DNA of 40,202 nt from Paracoccaceae bacterium (GTDB lineage: Bacteria > Pseudomonadota > Alphaproteobacteria > Rhodobacterales > Rhodobacteraceae). Below, in pieces: positions 17,344 to 27,144 of this stretch. The DNA lies in assembly GCA_009922885.1 (NCBI GenBank), contig RFUP01000001.1:1-40202 (forward strand). The letters are read 5' to 3'. Position numbers and translations under genes: made by a program. The notes beneath the pieces were generated by a model that did not search any database, had not been told where the DNA came from, and saw only the letters and a program-made list of their open reading frames with translations. How positions within the stretch are numbered: the stretch's first letter is position 1; each line of letters opens with the position of its first letter.

Positions 17344-17724
17344 ATGGGCAAGGAAAAGAACCCCCGCCGCGTGGCCGACAACGAAGCGATGGCGAAAGCC
17401 CGCATGCTTCGCACGAGCCCGCAGAAGCTCAATCTGGTAGCCGCGATGATCCGTGGCAAGAAAGTGGACAAGGCGCTTGCCGACCTCACTTTCTCGAAAA
17501 AGCGGATCGCTCAGGACGTGAAGAAATGCCTTCAGTCCGCAATCGCGAATGCTGAAAACAACCACAACCTCGACGTTGATGAACTGATCGTCGCTGAGGC
17601 ATGGGTTGGCAAGAACCTCGTGATGAAGCGCGGTCGTCCGCGTGCACGTGGCCGTTACGGCAAGATCATGAAGCCGTTCTCGGAAATCACCATCACGGTT
17701 CGTCAGGTTGAGGAGCAAGCCTAA
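17344..17724 (+). CDS. rplV: 50S ribosomal protein L22
   Basis: 126 aa. Position and sequence typical of L22 ('[19 protein letters not shown]'). Confidence 0.96.
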   Translation: MGKEKNPRRVADNEAMAKARMLRTSPQKLNLVAAMIRGKKVDKALADLTFSKKRIAQDVKKCLQSAIANAENNHNLDVDELIVAEAWVGKNLVMKRGRPRARGRYGKIMKPFSEITITVRQVEEQA

Positions 17725-18431
17725 TGGGACAGAAGGTCAATCCGATCGGCATGCGCCTCCAGGTCAACCGCACCTGGGACAGCCGCTGGTACGCCGACTC
17801 GAAGGATTTCGGTAATCTTCTTCTGGAAGACATCAAGATCCGCGAATTCGTTAAGGAAGAAGCGAAGCAAGCCGGTATTGCTCGCGTGATCATCGAGCGT
17901 CCGCACAAAAAGTGCCGCGTTACGATCCACGCTGCACGTCCGGGCGTGATCATCGGCAAAAAAGGCGCCGATATCGAAACGCTTCGCAAGAAGCTTGCGA
18001 ACCTCACCAAGTCGGAACTGCACCTCAACATCGTTGAAGTGCGTAAGCCCGAACTGGACGCAGCACTTGTTGGCGAGTCCATTGCACAGCAGCTCGAGCG
18101 CCGGGTTTCGTTCCGTCGCGCGATGAAGCGTGCCGTGCAAAACGCAATGCGCATGGGAGCCCTCGGCATCCGCGTGAACGTTGCTGGCCGTCTTGGTGGT
18201 GCCGAAATCGCGCGTACCGAATGGTACCGCGAAGGTCGCGTTCCGCTTCACACCCTGCGCGCTGACATCGACTACGCACTGTCCGAAGCGATGACGCCCT
18301 ACGGCATCATCGGGATCAAGGTCTGGATCTTCAAAGGTGAGATCATGGAGCACGATCCGCAGGCACGCGACCGTCGTCAGCAAGAACTCCAGGATGGGCC
18401 GGCACCTCGCGGTGCTCAGGGCCGTCGCTGA
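17724..18431 (+). CDS. rpsC: 30S ribosomal protein S3
   Basis: 235 aa. '[24 protein letters not shown]'. 1-nt overlap with the rplV stop. Confidence 0.97.
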   Translation: MGQKVNPIGMRLQVNRTWDSRWYADSKDFGNLLLEDIKIREFVKEEAKQAGIARVIIERPHKKCRVTIHAARPGVIIGKKGADIETLRKKLANLTKSELHLNIVEVRKPELDAALVGESIAQQLERRVSFRRAMKRAVQNAMRMGALGIRVNVAGRLGGAEIARTEWYREGRVPLHTLRADIDYALSEAMTPYGIIGIKVWIFKGEIMEHDPQARDRRQQELQDGPAPRGAQGRR

Positions 18432-18444
18432 GGAGGTTTGAGAA

Positions 18445-18858
18445 ATGCTTCAACCGAAACGTACAAAGTTCCGTAAGCAGCACAAAGGCCGTATCCACGG
18501 TGAAGCCAAAGGCGGTTCCGACCTGAACTTTGGCACCTACGGCCTGAAGGCGACCCAACCCGAGCGCGTCACTGCGCGTCAGATCGAAGCAGCACGCCGC
18601 GCTCTGACCCGTCACATGAAGCGTCAGGGCCGCGTCTGGATCCGGATTTTCCCGGATGTTCCAGTGACCTCGAAGCCTACCGAAGTCCGTATGGGTAAAG
18701 GTAAGGGCTCCGTTGATTTCTGGGCATGCCGTGTGAAGCCCGGCCGCATCATGTTCGAGATCGATGGTGTGGGTGAAGAAATCGCACGTGAGGCGCTCCG
18801 TCTCGCCGCGATGAAGCTCCCGATCAAGACTCGCGTCGTGGTTCGCGAAGACTGGTAA
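18445..18858 (+). CDS. rplP: 50S ribosomal protein L16
   Basis: 137 aa. '[16 protein letters not shown]'. Confidence 0.97.
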   Translation: MLQPKRTKFRKQHKGRIHGEAKGGSDLNFGTYGLKATQPERVTARQIEAARRALTRHMKRQGRVWIRIFPDVPVTSKPTEVRMGKGKGSVDFWACRVKPGRIMFEIDGVGEEIAREALRLAAMKLPIKTRVVVREDW

Positions 18859-18894
18859 TTGGATCGGATGGCATAGCCATCACAACGGTCAATA

Positions 18895-18929
18895 AAACGG
18901 GCGGGGGTATCCTCGCCCGTTTGTTTTTT
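18895..18929 (+). terminator. Rho-independent terminator after rplP, inside the S10 cluster
   Basis: Stem acgggcgggg (18897-18906) / cctcgcccgt (18911-18920), 10 bp with one G.U and a GUAU loop, followed by ttgtttttt. Confidence 0.85.
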
Positions 18930-18990
18930 GGCACTTTTGCGCCTGAACTCATGCGCTTTCACCAATTTGGCTGAAAACCCAATTGCCCTC

Positions 18991-19019
18991 TTGCGCTCTA
19001 GTTGGGCCTCCCCTATAGC
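18991..19019 (+). promoter_or_regulatory. Candidate internal promoter upstream of rpmC
   Basis: TTGCGC (18991-18996), exact 17-bp spacer, TATAGC (19014-19019), then GGCAC. An AT-rich region lies upstream (caatttggctgaaaacccaatt). Confidence 0.5.
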
Positions 19020-19139
19020 GGCACATCTCGCGGATTCCCGGAGTTTCCGGGATTCGTGTGTTTGCTGTTGTCCACCAGACGAAGGGTGACCCTGAAAAAC
19101 TGGCAGGGGCTCTCTGGTGTATGAGAAAGGAAGAGGCGC

Positions 19140-19340
19140 ATGAACGCCAAAGAATTGAAAGAAAAGACGCCGGATCAGCTGCGCGAGCAACTGACCGCTC
19201 TTAAGAAGGAGGCCTTCAACCTCCGTTTCCAGCAGGCCACCGGCCAGTTGGAGAGCACTGCTCGTATGCGCGCCGTCCGCCGTGACGCTGCTCGCGTGCT
19301 GACCGTGCTGAACGCAAAAGCTGCAGACGCAGCGAAGTAA
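19140..19340 (+). CDS. rpmC: 50S ribosomal protein L29
   Basis: 66 aa. '[38 protein letters not shown]'. Confidence 0.96.
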   Translation: MNAKELKEKTPDQLREQLTALKKEAFNLRFQQATGQLESTARMRAVRRDAARVLTVLNAKAADAAK

Positions 19341-19353
19341 GGAGGCGCGAAAG

Positions 19354-19584
19354 ATGCCCAAACGTATCCTTCAAGGCACCGTGACCTCCACGGCTAATGC
19401 TCAAACCGTAACTGTTTTGGTGGAACGCCGCTTCACGCACCCCGTTCTCAAGAAAACGGTTCGTAAATCCAAGAAGTACCGTGCTCACGACGAGCACCAG
19501 ACCTTCAAGGTGGGCGATACCGTGCGTATTCAAGAATGCGCACCGAAGTCCAAGACCAAGCGTTGGGAAGTTGTTACCGCGTAA
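19354..19584 (+). CDS. rpsQ: 30S ribosomal protein S17
   Basis: 76 aa. '[31 protein letters not shown]'. Confidence 0.96.
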   Translation: MPKRILQGTVTSTANAQTVTVLVERRFTHPVLKKTVRKSKKYRAHDEHQTFKVGDTVRIQECAPKSKTKRWEVVTA

Positions 19585-19663
19585 TGCGGGGCTACCCAGC
19601 TTAATCGAAACCCTGGGGACTAGGGCGTGATCTGAAGCCCCCCCAAAGGTCGGGAGTAACCCA

Positions 19664-20032
19664 ATGATCCAGATGCAGACCAATCTGGATGTCGCTGATA
19701 ACTCCGGTGCTCGCCGGGTTCAGTGCATCAAGGTTCTCGGCGGCTCGCACCGCCGGTATGCGTCGGTGGGCGACGTTATCGTCGTCTCCGTCAAGGAAGC
19801 GATTCCGAAAGGCCGTGTGAAGAAAGGTGACGTGCGTAAAGCCGTCGTCGTTCGTACCGCTCAGGCTGTGCGTCGTGAAGACGGCACCGCAATCCGCTTC
19901 GACCGGAATGCCGCCGTCATCATCAACAACAACATGGAGCCGATCGGCACCCGTATCTTCGGGCCGGTGGTGCGTGAACTGCGCGCCAAGAACTTCATGA
20001 AGATCATCTCGCTCGCCCCGGAGGTGCTGTAA
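19664..20032 (+). CDS. rplN: 50S ribosomal protein L14
   Basis: 122 aa. '[27 protein letters not shown]'. Confidence 0.97.
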   Translation: MIQMQTNLDVADNSGARRVQCIKVLGGSHRRYASVGDVIVVSVKEAIPKGRVKKGDVRKAVVVRTAQAVRREDGTAIRFDRNAAVIINNNMEPIGTRIFGPVVRELRAKNFMKIISLAPEVL

Positions 20033-20033
20033 G

Positions 20034-20345
20034 ATGGCTGCTAAACTGAAAAAGGGTGACACGGTTGTCGTGCTCACCGGCAAGGACAAGGGCCAGCAGG
20101 GCACGATCGTTTCGGTCGACCCGAAGTCTGGTAAGGCTGTTGTCGATGGTCTGAACATGGCCATCCGCCACACGCGCCAGTCCGCAAACAGCCAGGGCGG
20201 CCGCCTTCCGAAGGCTCTGCCGATCGATCTCTCGAACCTGGCGATCGTTGACAAGAACGGCAAACCCTCGCGCGTTGGCTTCCGCATGGAAGGCGACAAG
20301 AAGGTTCGCTTCGCCAAGACCACGGGGGACGTGATCGATGCTTGA
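20034..20345 (+). CDS. rplX: 50S ribosomal protein L24
   Basis: 103 aa. '[22 protein letters not shown]'. Confidence 0.96.
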   Translation: MAAKLKKGDTVVVLTGKDKGQQGTIVSVDPKSGKAVVDGLNMAIRHTRQSANSQGGRLPKALPIDLSNLAIVDKNGKPSRVGFRMEGDKKVRFAKTTGDVIDA

Positions 20346-20901
20346 TACCGCGAACTACACCCCGCGCCTCAAGACGCTGTACAAGGACCAGATCCGCGCA
20401 GCTCTTAAGGAAGAGTTCGGCTACGCCAACGACATGATGATTCCGCGCCTCGACAAGATCGTGCTGAACATCGGTTGCGGTGCAGAAGCTGTGCGCGACT
20501 CCAAGAAAGCGAAGTCGGCTCAGGAAGACCTCTCCACGATCGCTGGCCAAAAGGCAGTGACCACTATCGCCAAGAACTCCATCGCAGGTTTCCGCGTTCG
20601 CGAAGGCATGCCGATGGGTGCGAAAGTGACGCTCCGTGGCGATCGTATGTACGAATTCCTCGACCGTCTGATCACCATCGCAATGCCCCGCATCCGCGAC
20701 TTCCGCGGCGTGAAAGGCACGGCATTTGACGGCCGTGGCAACTACGCCATGGGCATCAAAGAGCACATCATTTTCCCCGAGATCAACTTCGACAAAGTCG
20801 ACGAAGTCTGGGGGATGGACATTGTGATCGCAACCACCGCGAAAACCGACGCGGAAGCAAAGGCTATGTTGAAGCACTTCAACATGCCCTTCACAGCGTG
20901 A
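20338..20901 (+). CDS. rplE: 50S ribosomal protein L5
   Basis: 187 aa. 8-nt overlap with rplX. '[20 protein letters not shown]'. Confidence 0.96.
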   Translation: MLDTANYTPRLKTLYKDQIRAALKEEFGYANDMMIPRLDKIVLNIGCGAEAVRDSKKAKSAQEDLSTIAGQKAVTTIAKNSIAGFRVREGMPMGAKVTLRGDRMYEFLDRLITIAMPRIRDFRGVKGTAFDGRGNYAMGIKEHIIFPEINFDKVDEVWGMDIVIATTAKTDAEAKAMLKHFNMPFTA

Positions 20902-20921
20902 TCGCGGGAGGAGTTTGAGAA

Positions 20922-21227
20922 ATGGCTAAGAAATCCATGATTGAACGCGAAAAGAAGCGCCAGCGTCTGGTCGAGCAATATGCTGCCAAGCGCGCCGCTC
21001 TCAAAGCGATCATCAACGACCAGTCCAAGCCGATGGAAGAGCGCTTCCGCGCTTCGCTGAAGCTCGCGAATCTTCCGCGTAACAGCTCGGCGACCCGTCT
21101 GCACAACCGCTGCCAGCTGACTGGCCGTCCTCACGCTTACTACCGTAAGCTTAAGGTCAGCCGTATCATGCTGCGGGAACTCGGCTCTCAGGGCCAGATC
21201 CCCGGTCTGGTGAAATCCAGCTGGTAA
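20922..21227 (+). CDS. rpsN: 30S ribosomal protein S14 (long, non-zinc form)
   Basis: 101 aa. '[14 protein letters not shown]...[11 protein letters not shown]'. No CxxC pairs. Confidence 0.96.
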   Translation: MAKKSMIEREKKRQRLVEQYAAKRAALKAIINDQSKPMEERFRASLKLANLPRNSSATRLHNRCQLTGRPHAYYRKLKVSRIMLRELGSQGQIPGLVKSSW

Positions 21228-21240
21228 GGGAGAGAGTGAT

Positions 21241-21633
21241 ATGAACGATCCTATCGGCGATATGCTCACCCGCATCCGCAACGCTTCTGCCCGCGGCAAG
21301 TCCACTGTCCGCACCCCGGCTTCGAAGCTGCGCGCGCGTGTGCTCGAGATTCTCCAGCAGGAAGGCTACATCCGTGGTTACGAGTCCGTGACCGACGATG
21401 CGGGCCACGCCCAGCTGGAAATCAGCCTCAAGTACTTCGACGGCGCCCCCGTCATTCGCGAACTCAAGCGGGTCTCGAAGCCCGGCCGTCGCGTTTACAT
21501 GGGCGTACAGGACATCCCTTCGGTCCGTCAGGGCCTCGGTGTGTCGATTGTCAGCACGTCCAAGGGCGTGATGTCGGATGCCAGCGCACGTGCCGCCAAC
21601 GTTGGTGGCGAAGTGCTCTGCACGGTCTTCTAA
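21241..21633 (+). CDS. rpsH: 30S ribosomal protein S8
   Basis: 130 aa. '[15 protein letters not shown]'. Confidence 0.97.
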   Translation: MNDPIGDMLTRIRNASARGKSTVRTPASKLRARVLEILQQEGYIRGYESVTDDAGHAQLEISLKYFDGAPVIRELKRVSKPGRRVYMGVQDIPSVRQGLGVSIVSTSKGVMSDASARAANVGGEVLCTVF

Positions 21634-21645
21634 GGAGAGAATGAG

Positions 21646-22179
21646 ATGTCTCGAATTGGTAAGAAGCCGGTCGAACTGCCCTCGGGCGTGACCGCAACCG
21701 TCAAGGGCCAGTCGATTGAAGTGAAGGGTCCCAAGGGCACCAAGATCTTCAACGCAACCGACGACGTGACCATCACGGTGAACGGCAATGAAGTTGCTGT
21801 TGCTCCGCGTGGCACTTCGAAGCGCGCGCGTCAGCAGTGGGGCATGTCCCGCACGATGATCCGCAACCTCGTCACCGGCGTGACCGGTGGTTTCAAGCGT
21901 GAGCTTGAAATCCAGGGTGTTGGTTATCGCGCAGCTGTCGCAGGCCAAGACCTCAAGCTCTCCCTCGGCTACTCGCACGAGGTGGTTTACAAGGTGCCGG
22001 CTGGCATCACTGTAACCTGCCCCAAGCAGACCGAGATCGTTGTGGAAGGTACCGATGCCCAGCAAGTTGGGCAGGTCGCCGCGGAAATCCGCGAATGGCG
22101 TAAGCCGGAGCCCTACAAGGGCAAGGGTATCCGCTATAAAGGCGAGTACATCTTCCGCAAAGAAGGTAAGAAGAAGTAA
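21646..22179 (+). CDS. rplF: 50S ribosomal protein L6
   Basis: 177 aa. '[22 protein letters not shown]'. Confidence 0.97.
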   Translation: MSRIGKKPVELPSGVTATVKGQSIEVKGPKGTKIFNATDDVTITVNGNEVAVAPRGTSKRARQQWGMSRTMIRNLVTGVTGGFKRELEIQGVGYRAAVAGQDLKLSLGYSHEVVYKVPAGITVTCPKQTEIVVEGTDAQQVGQVAAEIREWRKPEPYKGKGIRYKGEYIFRKEGKKK

Positions 22180-22190
22180 GGACGCGAGTC

Positions 22191-22550
22191 ATGGCAAACA
22201 GCAAAAGAACCCTGTTTCTGAAGCGCCGCCTGCGCGTTCGGAACAAACTGCGGGAAGTGAATGCCGGTCGGCTTCGTCTTTCCGTTCACCGCAGCTCCAA
22301 GAACATCAGCGTACAGCTGATCGACGACGTGCGCGGCGTTACCCTTGCTTCCGCATCCAGCCTCGAAAAGGATCTGGGCGTGGTTGGCAAGAACAACGTC
22401 GAAGCCGCCGCCAAAGTGGGTGCTGCTATCGCCGAGCGTGCTAAGAAGGCGGGCGTCGAAGAATGCTACTTCGATCGCGGTGGCTTCCTTTTCCACGGTA
22501 AGGTGAAAGCCCTTGCAGATGCCGCCCGCGAAGGCGGCCTGAAGTTCTAA
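22191..22550 (+). CDS. rplR: 50S ribosomal protein L18
   Basis: 119 aa. Position and the C-terminal '[26 protein letters not shown]'. Confidence 0.96.
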   Translation: MANSKRTLFLKRRLRVRNKLREVNAGRLRLSVHRSSKNISVQLIDDVRGVTLASASSLEKDLGVVGKNNVEAAAKVGAAIAERAKKAGVEECYFDRGGFLFHGKVKALADAAREGGLKF

Positions 22551-22562
22551 GGAGCGAGATAG

Positions 22563-23123
22563 ATGGCAAGAGAAGAAAACCGCCGCGACCGCCGCGACCG
22601 CGAAGAGGCCGCTCCGGAGTTCGCCGATCGTCTCGTCGCGATCAACCGCGTCTCCAAGACCGTGAAGGGTGGTAAGCGTTTCGGCTTCGCTGCTCTCGTG
22701 GTTGTGGGCGACCAGAAAGGTCGTGTGGGCTTCGGTAAAGGCAAAGCGAAAGAAGTTCCGGAAGCGATCCGCAAGGCCACTGAACAGGCCAAGCGCTCGA
22801 TGATCCGCGTTCCGCTTCGCGAAGGCCGCACCCTGCACCACGACATGGAAGGTCGTCACGGCGCTGGTAAAGTTGTAATGCGCTCCGCACCTGAAGGTAC
22901 CGGTATCATCGCCGGTGGTCCGATGCGTGCTGTGTTCGAAATGCTCGGCCTCAAGGACGTCGTTTCGAAGTCGCTGGGTTCGCAGAACCCCTACAACATG
23001 ATCCGGGCCACGATCGACGGTCTGAAGAAAGAAACCAGCCCCCGTCAGGTGGCTCAGCGTCGTGGCAAGAAAGTCGCCGACATCCTGAATAAGGGTGCCG
23101 AGGCCGAAGCCGCAGAAGCCTGA
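22563..23123 (+). CDS. rpsE: 30S ribosomal protein S5
   Basis: 186 aa. '[26 protein letters not shown]'. Confidence 0.96.
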   Translation: MAREENRRDRRDREEAAPEFADRLVAINRVSKTVKGGKRFGFAALVVVGDQKGRVGFGKGKAKEVPEAIRKATEQAKRSMIRVPLREGRTLHHDMEGRHGAGKVVMRSAPEGTGIIAGGPMRAVFEMLGLKDVVSKSLGSQNPYNMIRATIDGLKKETSPRQVAQRRGKKVADILNKGAEAEAAEA

Positions 23124-23134
23124 GGAGAGAGACA

Positions 23135-23326
23135 ATGGCCAAGAAAACCATCGTCGTGAAGCAGATCGCATCGCCCTGCCGTCGCCCTGACGTGCAGCGT
23201 CGTACGCTGATCGGCCTCGGCCTGAACAAGGTGCACAAGACCCGTGAGCTCGAGGATACCCCCTCGGTTCGTGGCATGGTCAACAAGATTCCGCACCTCG
23301 TGAAGATCATCGAAGAGCGCGGCTAA
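23135..23326 (+). CDS. rpmD: 50S ribosomal protein L30
   Basis: 63 aa. '[25 protein letters not shown]'. Confidence 0.95.
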   Translation: MAKKTIVVKQIASPCRRPDVQRRTLIGLGLNKVHKTRELEDTPSVRGMVNKIPHLVKIIEERG

Positions 23327-23356
23327 TCTCGGTTGAGATTAACGTGTAGCGAATAG

Positions 23357-23390
23357 AAAGCCCCCGCTTCGGCGGGGGCTTTTGCTTTTG
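23357..23390 (+). terminator. Rho-independent terminator after rpmD, inside the spc cluster
   Basis: Perfect 9-bp stem agcccccgc (23359-23367) / gcgggggct (23372-23380) with a UUCG tetraloop, followed by tttgcttttg. Confidence 0.9.
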
Positions 23391-23415
23391 TGGTCGTGAG
23401 AAGTGAACTGACCGC

Positions 23416-23444
23416 TTGAACCAGAGAAGCTCTGCGGATATACG
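23416..23444 (+). promoter_or_regulatory. Candidate internal promoter upstream of rplO
   Basis: TTGAAC (23416-23421), exact 17-bp spacer, TATACG (23439-23444). The -10 hexamer is identical to the rpsL promoter and is followed by the GC-rich CCCCCG. Confidence 0.55.
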
Positions 23445-23540
23445 CCCCCGGTGGCCATCCGTGGCCCGACTCACATCAATGCTAAGCCGCGTTCGGCCGC
23501 TCCCGTCGCTGGGGGCCGCATCCGGCAAGGAGAAGCGACA

Positions 23541-24011
23541 ATGAAACTGAATGAACTCCGCGACAATCCTGGCGCAGCCCCCAAGAAAAAGCGCGTCGCG
23601 CGCGGCCCGGGTTCGGGCAAGGGTAAGACTGCTGGCCGTGGTATCAAGGGTCAGAAATCCCGTTCGGGCGTGGCCATCAATGGTTACGAAGGCGGCCAGA
23701 TGCCGCTCTACCAGCGTCTGCCGAAGCGTGGCTTCAACAAGCCGAACCGCAAATCTTTTGCTGTTGTGAACCTCGGCCTCATCGAGAAGTTCATCGAAGC
23801 CGGCAAGATTGACGCCAAAGCAACCATCACCGAAGACGTTCTCGTCGCTTCCGGCCTCGTGCGCCGTAAGCTCGACGGCATCCGCATCCTCGCAAAGGGT
23901 GAAATCAAGTCGAAAGTCGCTCTGGAAGTTACCGGTGCTTCGGCTGGCGCCATCGAAGCTGTGAAAGCAGCGGGTGGTTCGATCACTGTTGCGGCCGCTG
24001 CGGCTGAATAA
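23541..24011 (+). CDS. rplO: 50S ribosomal protein L15
   Basis: '[38 protein letters not shown]'. The true ATG is at 23541 with an AAGGAG RBS. The ORF-track start at 23451 lies in the spacer. Confidence 0.96.
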   Translation: MKLNELRDNPGAAPKKKRVARGPGSGKGKTAGRGIKGQKSRSGVAINGYEGGQMPLYQRLPKRGFNKPNRKSFAVVNLGLIEKFIEAGKIDAKATITEDVLVASGLVRRKLDGIRILAKGEIKSKVALEVTGASAGAIEAVKAAGGSITVAAAAAE

Positions 24012-24060
24012 CTGGTTGTAGGGGGCGCGCTTGCCCCTTACATAACCATCAGTTTTCCAG

Positions 24061-24097
24061 AACGCCGCCCGGCCCGGAGAACGGACCGGGCGGCGTT
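24061..24097 (+). promoter_or_regulatory. Long GC-rich stem-loop between rplO and secY
   Basis: 12 perfect bp, aacgccgcccgg (24061-24072) / ccgggcggcgtt (24086-24097), plus 2 inner bp. Only a short UUU follows. Confidence 0.5.
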
Positions 24098-24121
24098 TCA
24101 GCATCAAAGAGAGCCCCACGA

Positions 24122-25486
24122 ATGGCATCCCAGATTGAGCAGATGGCCGCTAACACCAGCTGGGCGGCGCTCGGCAAGGCCACTGAACTGCGTCAGCGCA
24201 TTTTCTTTACGCTTGGCCTTCTGATTGTTTACCGCCTTGGCACCTTCATTCCCGTTCCGGGGATCGATGGTGGCGCGCTGCGTGAATTCATGGAAGGGGC
24301 GGCTGCCGGTCTTGGCGGTATTCTTTCGATGTTCACGGGCGGTGCGCTCGGCCGGATGGGGGTCTTCGCCCTCGGCATCATGCCCTACATCTCGGCATCG
24401 ATCATCGTTCAGCTTCTGGGCTCCATGGTGCCCGCGCTTGAGCAGATGAAGAAAGAAGGCGAGCAAGGCCGCCGCAAGATGAACCAATACACGCGGTATG
24501 GCACCGTGGCTTTGGCAACCTTGCAGGCCTATGGCTTGGCCGTATCGCTTTATTCGGGCGAATTGGTGCAAGCGGAACTACCGTATTGGTTCTTCATCGC
24601 AACCTGCGTTGTGACCCTTGTGGGCGGCACCATGTTCCTGATGTGGCTGGGCGAGCAGATCACCGCGCGCGGCATCGGTAACGGCATTTCGCTGATCATT
24701 TTTGTGGGCATTATCGCAGAAATCCCTGCGGCACTTGCCCAGTTCCTGAGCCAAGGCCGCTCCGGCGCTGTCAGCCCTGCTGTGATCATCGGTGTTATGG
24801 TGATGGTCGTCGTGACCATCGCATTCGTGGTCTTCATGGAGCGGGCACTTCGCAAGATCCCGATCCAATATCCACGCCGCCAAGTCGGTATGAAGGTCTA
24901 TGACGGCGGTTCCTCGGTTCTTCCTGTCAAGGTGAACCCGGCAGGCGTTATCCCTGCGATCTTCGCGTCGTCCTTGTTGTTGCTGCCGACCACGATCGCA
25001 ACCTTCTCGGGTAATTCGACCAGCCCGATCCTGTCGACGATCCTCGCTTATTTCGGGCCGGGCCAACCGCTCTATCTCGTGTTCTTCACGTCGATGATCG
25101 TGTTCTTCGCGTATTTCTACACCTTTAACGTGGCTTTCAAGCCGGACGAAGTGGCGGACAACCTCAAGAACCAGAATGGTTTCGTTCCGGGCATCCGCCC
25201 GGGTGAGCGTACCGCCAAGTACCTTGAGTATGTCGTCAATCGCGTGCTCGTTCTGGGTTCGGCGTATCTCGCACTGGTTTGCTTGCTGCCGGAAATCCTG
25301 CGCTCGCAACTGGCCATTCCGTTCTACTTCGGTGGCACCTCTGTTCTCATCGTCGTGTCGGTGACGATGGATACGATCCAGCAGGTTCAAAGCCATCTGC
25401 TTGCGCACCAGTATGAAGGTCTTCTGGAAAAGTCCCAGCTTCGCGGCAAATCCAAGAAGCGTGCACGGGGGCCGTCACGTCGATGA
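24122..25486 (+). CDS. secY: Preprotein translocase subunit SecY
   Basis: 454 aa, multi-TM. '[16 protein letters not shown]', 'GNGISLIIF'. Confidence 0.97.
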   Translation: MASQIEQMAANTSWAALGKATELRQRIFFTLGLLIVYRLGTFIPVPGIDGGALREFMEGAAAGLGGILSMFTGGALGRMGVFALGIMPYISASIIVQLLGSMVPALEQMKKEGEQGRRKMNQYTRYGTVALATLQAYGLAVSLYSGELVQAELPYWFFIATCVVTLVGGTMFLMWLGEQITARGIGNGISLIIFVGIIAEIPAALAQFLSQGRSGAVSPAVIIGVMVMVVVTIAFVVFMERALRKIPIQYPRRQVGMKVYDGGSSVLPVKVNPAGVIPAIFASSLLLLPTTIATFSGNSTSPILSTILAYFGPGQPLYLVFFTSMIVFFAYFYTFNVAFKPDEVADNLKNQNGFVPGIRPGERTAKYLEYVVNRVLVLGSAYLALVCLLPEILRSQLAIPFYFGGTSVLIVVSVTMDTIQQVQSHLLAHQYEGLLEKSQLRGKSKKRARGPSRR

Positions 25487-26061
25487 ATATCATTCTTCTT
25501 GGACCGCCGGGGGCTGGCAAAGGCACTCAAGCCGGGTTTCTCGTTAAAGAACGGGACATGATCCAGTTGTCCACGGGCGACATGCTGCGTGAAGCCAAGT
25601 CCTCCGGGACCGAAATGGGCAAGCGCGTCGCCGCGATTATGGACCGTGGCGAACTTGTCACTGATGAAATCGTGATCGGTCTCATCCGCGAGAGGCTCGA
25701 AGGCGACAAGAAGGGGGGCTTCATTTTTGACGGCTTCCCCCGGACGCTGGCCCAAGCGGATGCTTTGAGTGAATTGCTTGCCTCGATGGGGGAAACCCTC
25801 GATGCAGCAATCGAGCTGCAAGTGAATGACGAGGTTCTTGTCGGCCGTATTGTTGGACGGGCTGAGGAGGCACGCAAGGCGGGGCTTCCTGTGCGCGCGG
25901 ACGATAATGAAGAAAGCCTCAAGATCCGTCTGATGGAATACTACAAAAAGACATCTCCGCTGATTGGTTACTATTACGCCAAAGGCCAGCTGCGGGGTGT
26001 GGATGGTCTGGGTCAGATGGATGCGGTTAAGGCCGACATCGCGAGAATTCTCGACAAGTGA
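25483..26061 (+). CDS. adk: Adenylate kinase (short, lid-less form)
   Basis: 192 aa. P-loop '[12 protein letters not shown]'. ATGA overlap with secY. Confidence 0.96.
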   Translation: MNIILLGPPGAGKGTQAGFLVKERDMIQLSTGDMLREAKSSGTEMGKRVAAIMDRGELVTDEIVIGLIRERLEGDKKGGFIFDGFPRTLAQADALSELLASMGETLDAAIELQVNDEVLVGRIVGRAEEARKAGLPVRADDNEESLKIRLMEYYKKTSPLIGYYYAKGQLRGVDGLGQMDAVKADIARILDK

Positions 26062-26256
26062 TTGGGGCGGGGGCTTGACGATACCCCCGAAACTCCATAC
26101 CCAGCCCTATCTCTGCCGAGACACTGATTCTCCGCGGGCGCAAGCCCTATGGAATCGGACCACCTGATCAGCTGTGGCCAAGTCGTGTAAGCACTTGGTC
26201 CCCGTTGTGAAAAAAGGGCCTGGAACGACGGGCTCGCAACGAAAGGAACACGGAAC

Positions 26257-26625
26257 GTGGCACGTATCGCTGGCGTGAACATCCCGACTGCAAAGCGGGT
26301 CCCTATCGCCCTCACCTATATCACCGGCATTGGCCTTCACACCGCAAAGCAGATCTGCTCGGCTGTGAACATCAATGAAGCCCGCCGTGTGAACGAACTT
26401 TCCGACGCCGAAGTGCTCGCGATCCGCGAATACATCGACGCCAACCTGACTGTCGAAGGCGACCTGCGCCGCGAAGTCACAATGAACATCAAGCGTCTGA
26501 TGGACCTTGGCTGCTACCGCGGCCTGCGCCATCGTCGCAACCTCCCGGTTCGCGGTCAGCGGACTCACACCAACGCTCGCACTCGCAAAGGCCCGGCAAA
26601 GGCCATCGCGGGCAAGAAGAAGTAA
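26257..26625 (+). CDS. rpsM: 30S ribosomal protein S13
   Basis: 122 aa. GTG start. '[25 protein letters not shown]'. Confidence 0.96.
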   Translation: MARIAGVNIPTAKRVPIALTYITGIGLHTAKQICSAVNINEARRVNELSDAEVLAIREYIDANLTVEGDLRREVTMNIKRLMDLGCYRGLRHRRNLPVRGQRTHTNARTRKGPAKAIAGKKK

Positions 26626-26640
26626 GGGAGGGCAGCAAAC

Positions 26641-27033
26641 ATGGCACGTGATACCCGCCGTGGTGGCAAGAAAAAGGTTTCCAAGAACATCGCCTCTGGC
26701 GTTGCGCATGTGAACTCTTCGTTCAACAACACCAAAATCCTGATCTCTGACGTGCAGGGCAATGCGATCTCTTGGTCGTCCGCTGGCACCATGGGCTTCA
26801 AAGGCTCGCGTAAGTCGACGCCTTACGCCGCTCAGATGGCTGCAGAAGACGCTGGCCGCAAGGCACAAGAGCATGGCGTGAAGACGCTTGAAGTCGAAGT
26901 TCAAGGCCCCGGTTCGGGTCGTGAATCGGCACTCCGCGCGCTTGCCGCTGTTGGCTTCCAGATCACGTCGATCCGCGACGTGACGCCGATTGCCCACAAC
27001 GGTTGCCGTCCGCCGAAGCGCCGCCGCGTCTAA
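26641..27033 (+). CDS. rpsK: 30S ribosomal protein S11
   Basis: 130 aa. '[30 protein letters not shown]'. Confidence 0.97.
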   Translation: MARDTRRGGKKKVSKNIASGVAHVNSSFNNTKILISDVQGNAISWSSAGTMGFKGSRKSTPYAAQMAAEDAGRKAQEHGVKTLEVEVQGPGSGRESALRALAAVGFQITSIRDVTPIAHNGCRPPKRRRV

Positions 27034-27144
27034 TCGATGGAATTTTGCCGGGGCCCTGCATGAGCGGGGCCTCGGCGCGCCTATTCTCAACCTCGGGCGT
27101 GGTGCCTTTAAGGACATGGGGGCGCCACTGGAATGGAGGGACGC

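Noticed and set aside
15943-23540. The possibility that the three long intra-operon spacers are copies of a MITE or IS remnant.
   Set aside because: By eye the three spacers share only functional grammar (hairpin, TTG-N17-TA box) and no extended sequence identity. I see no terminal inverted repeats or target-site duplications, and no transposase-like ORF.
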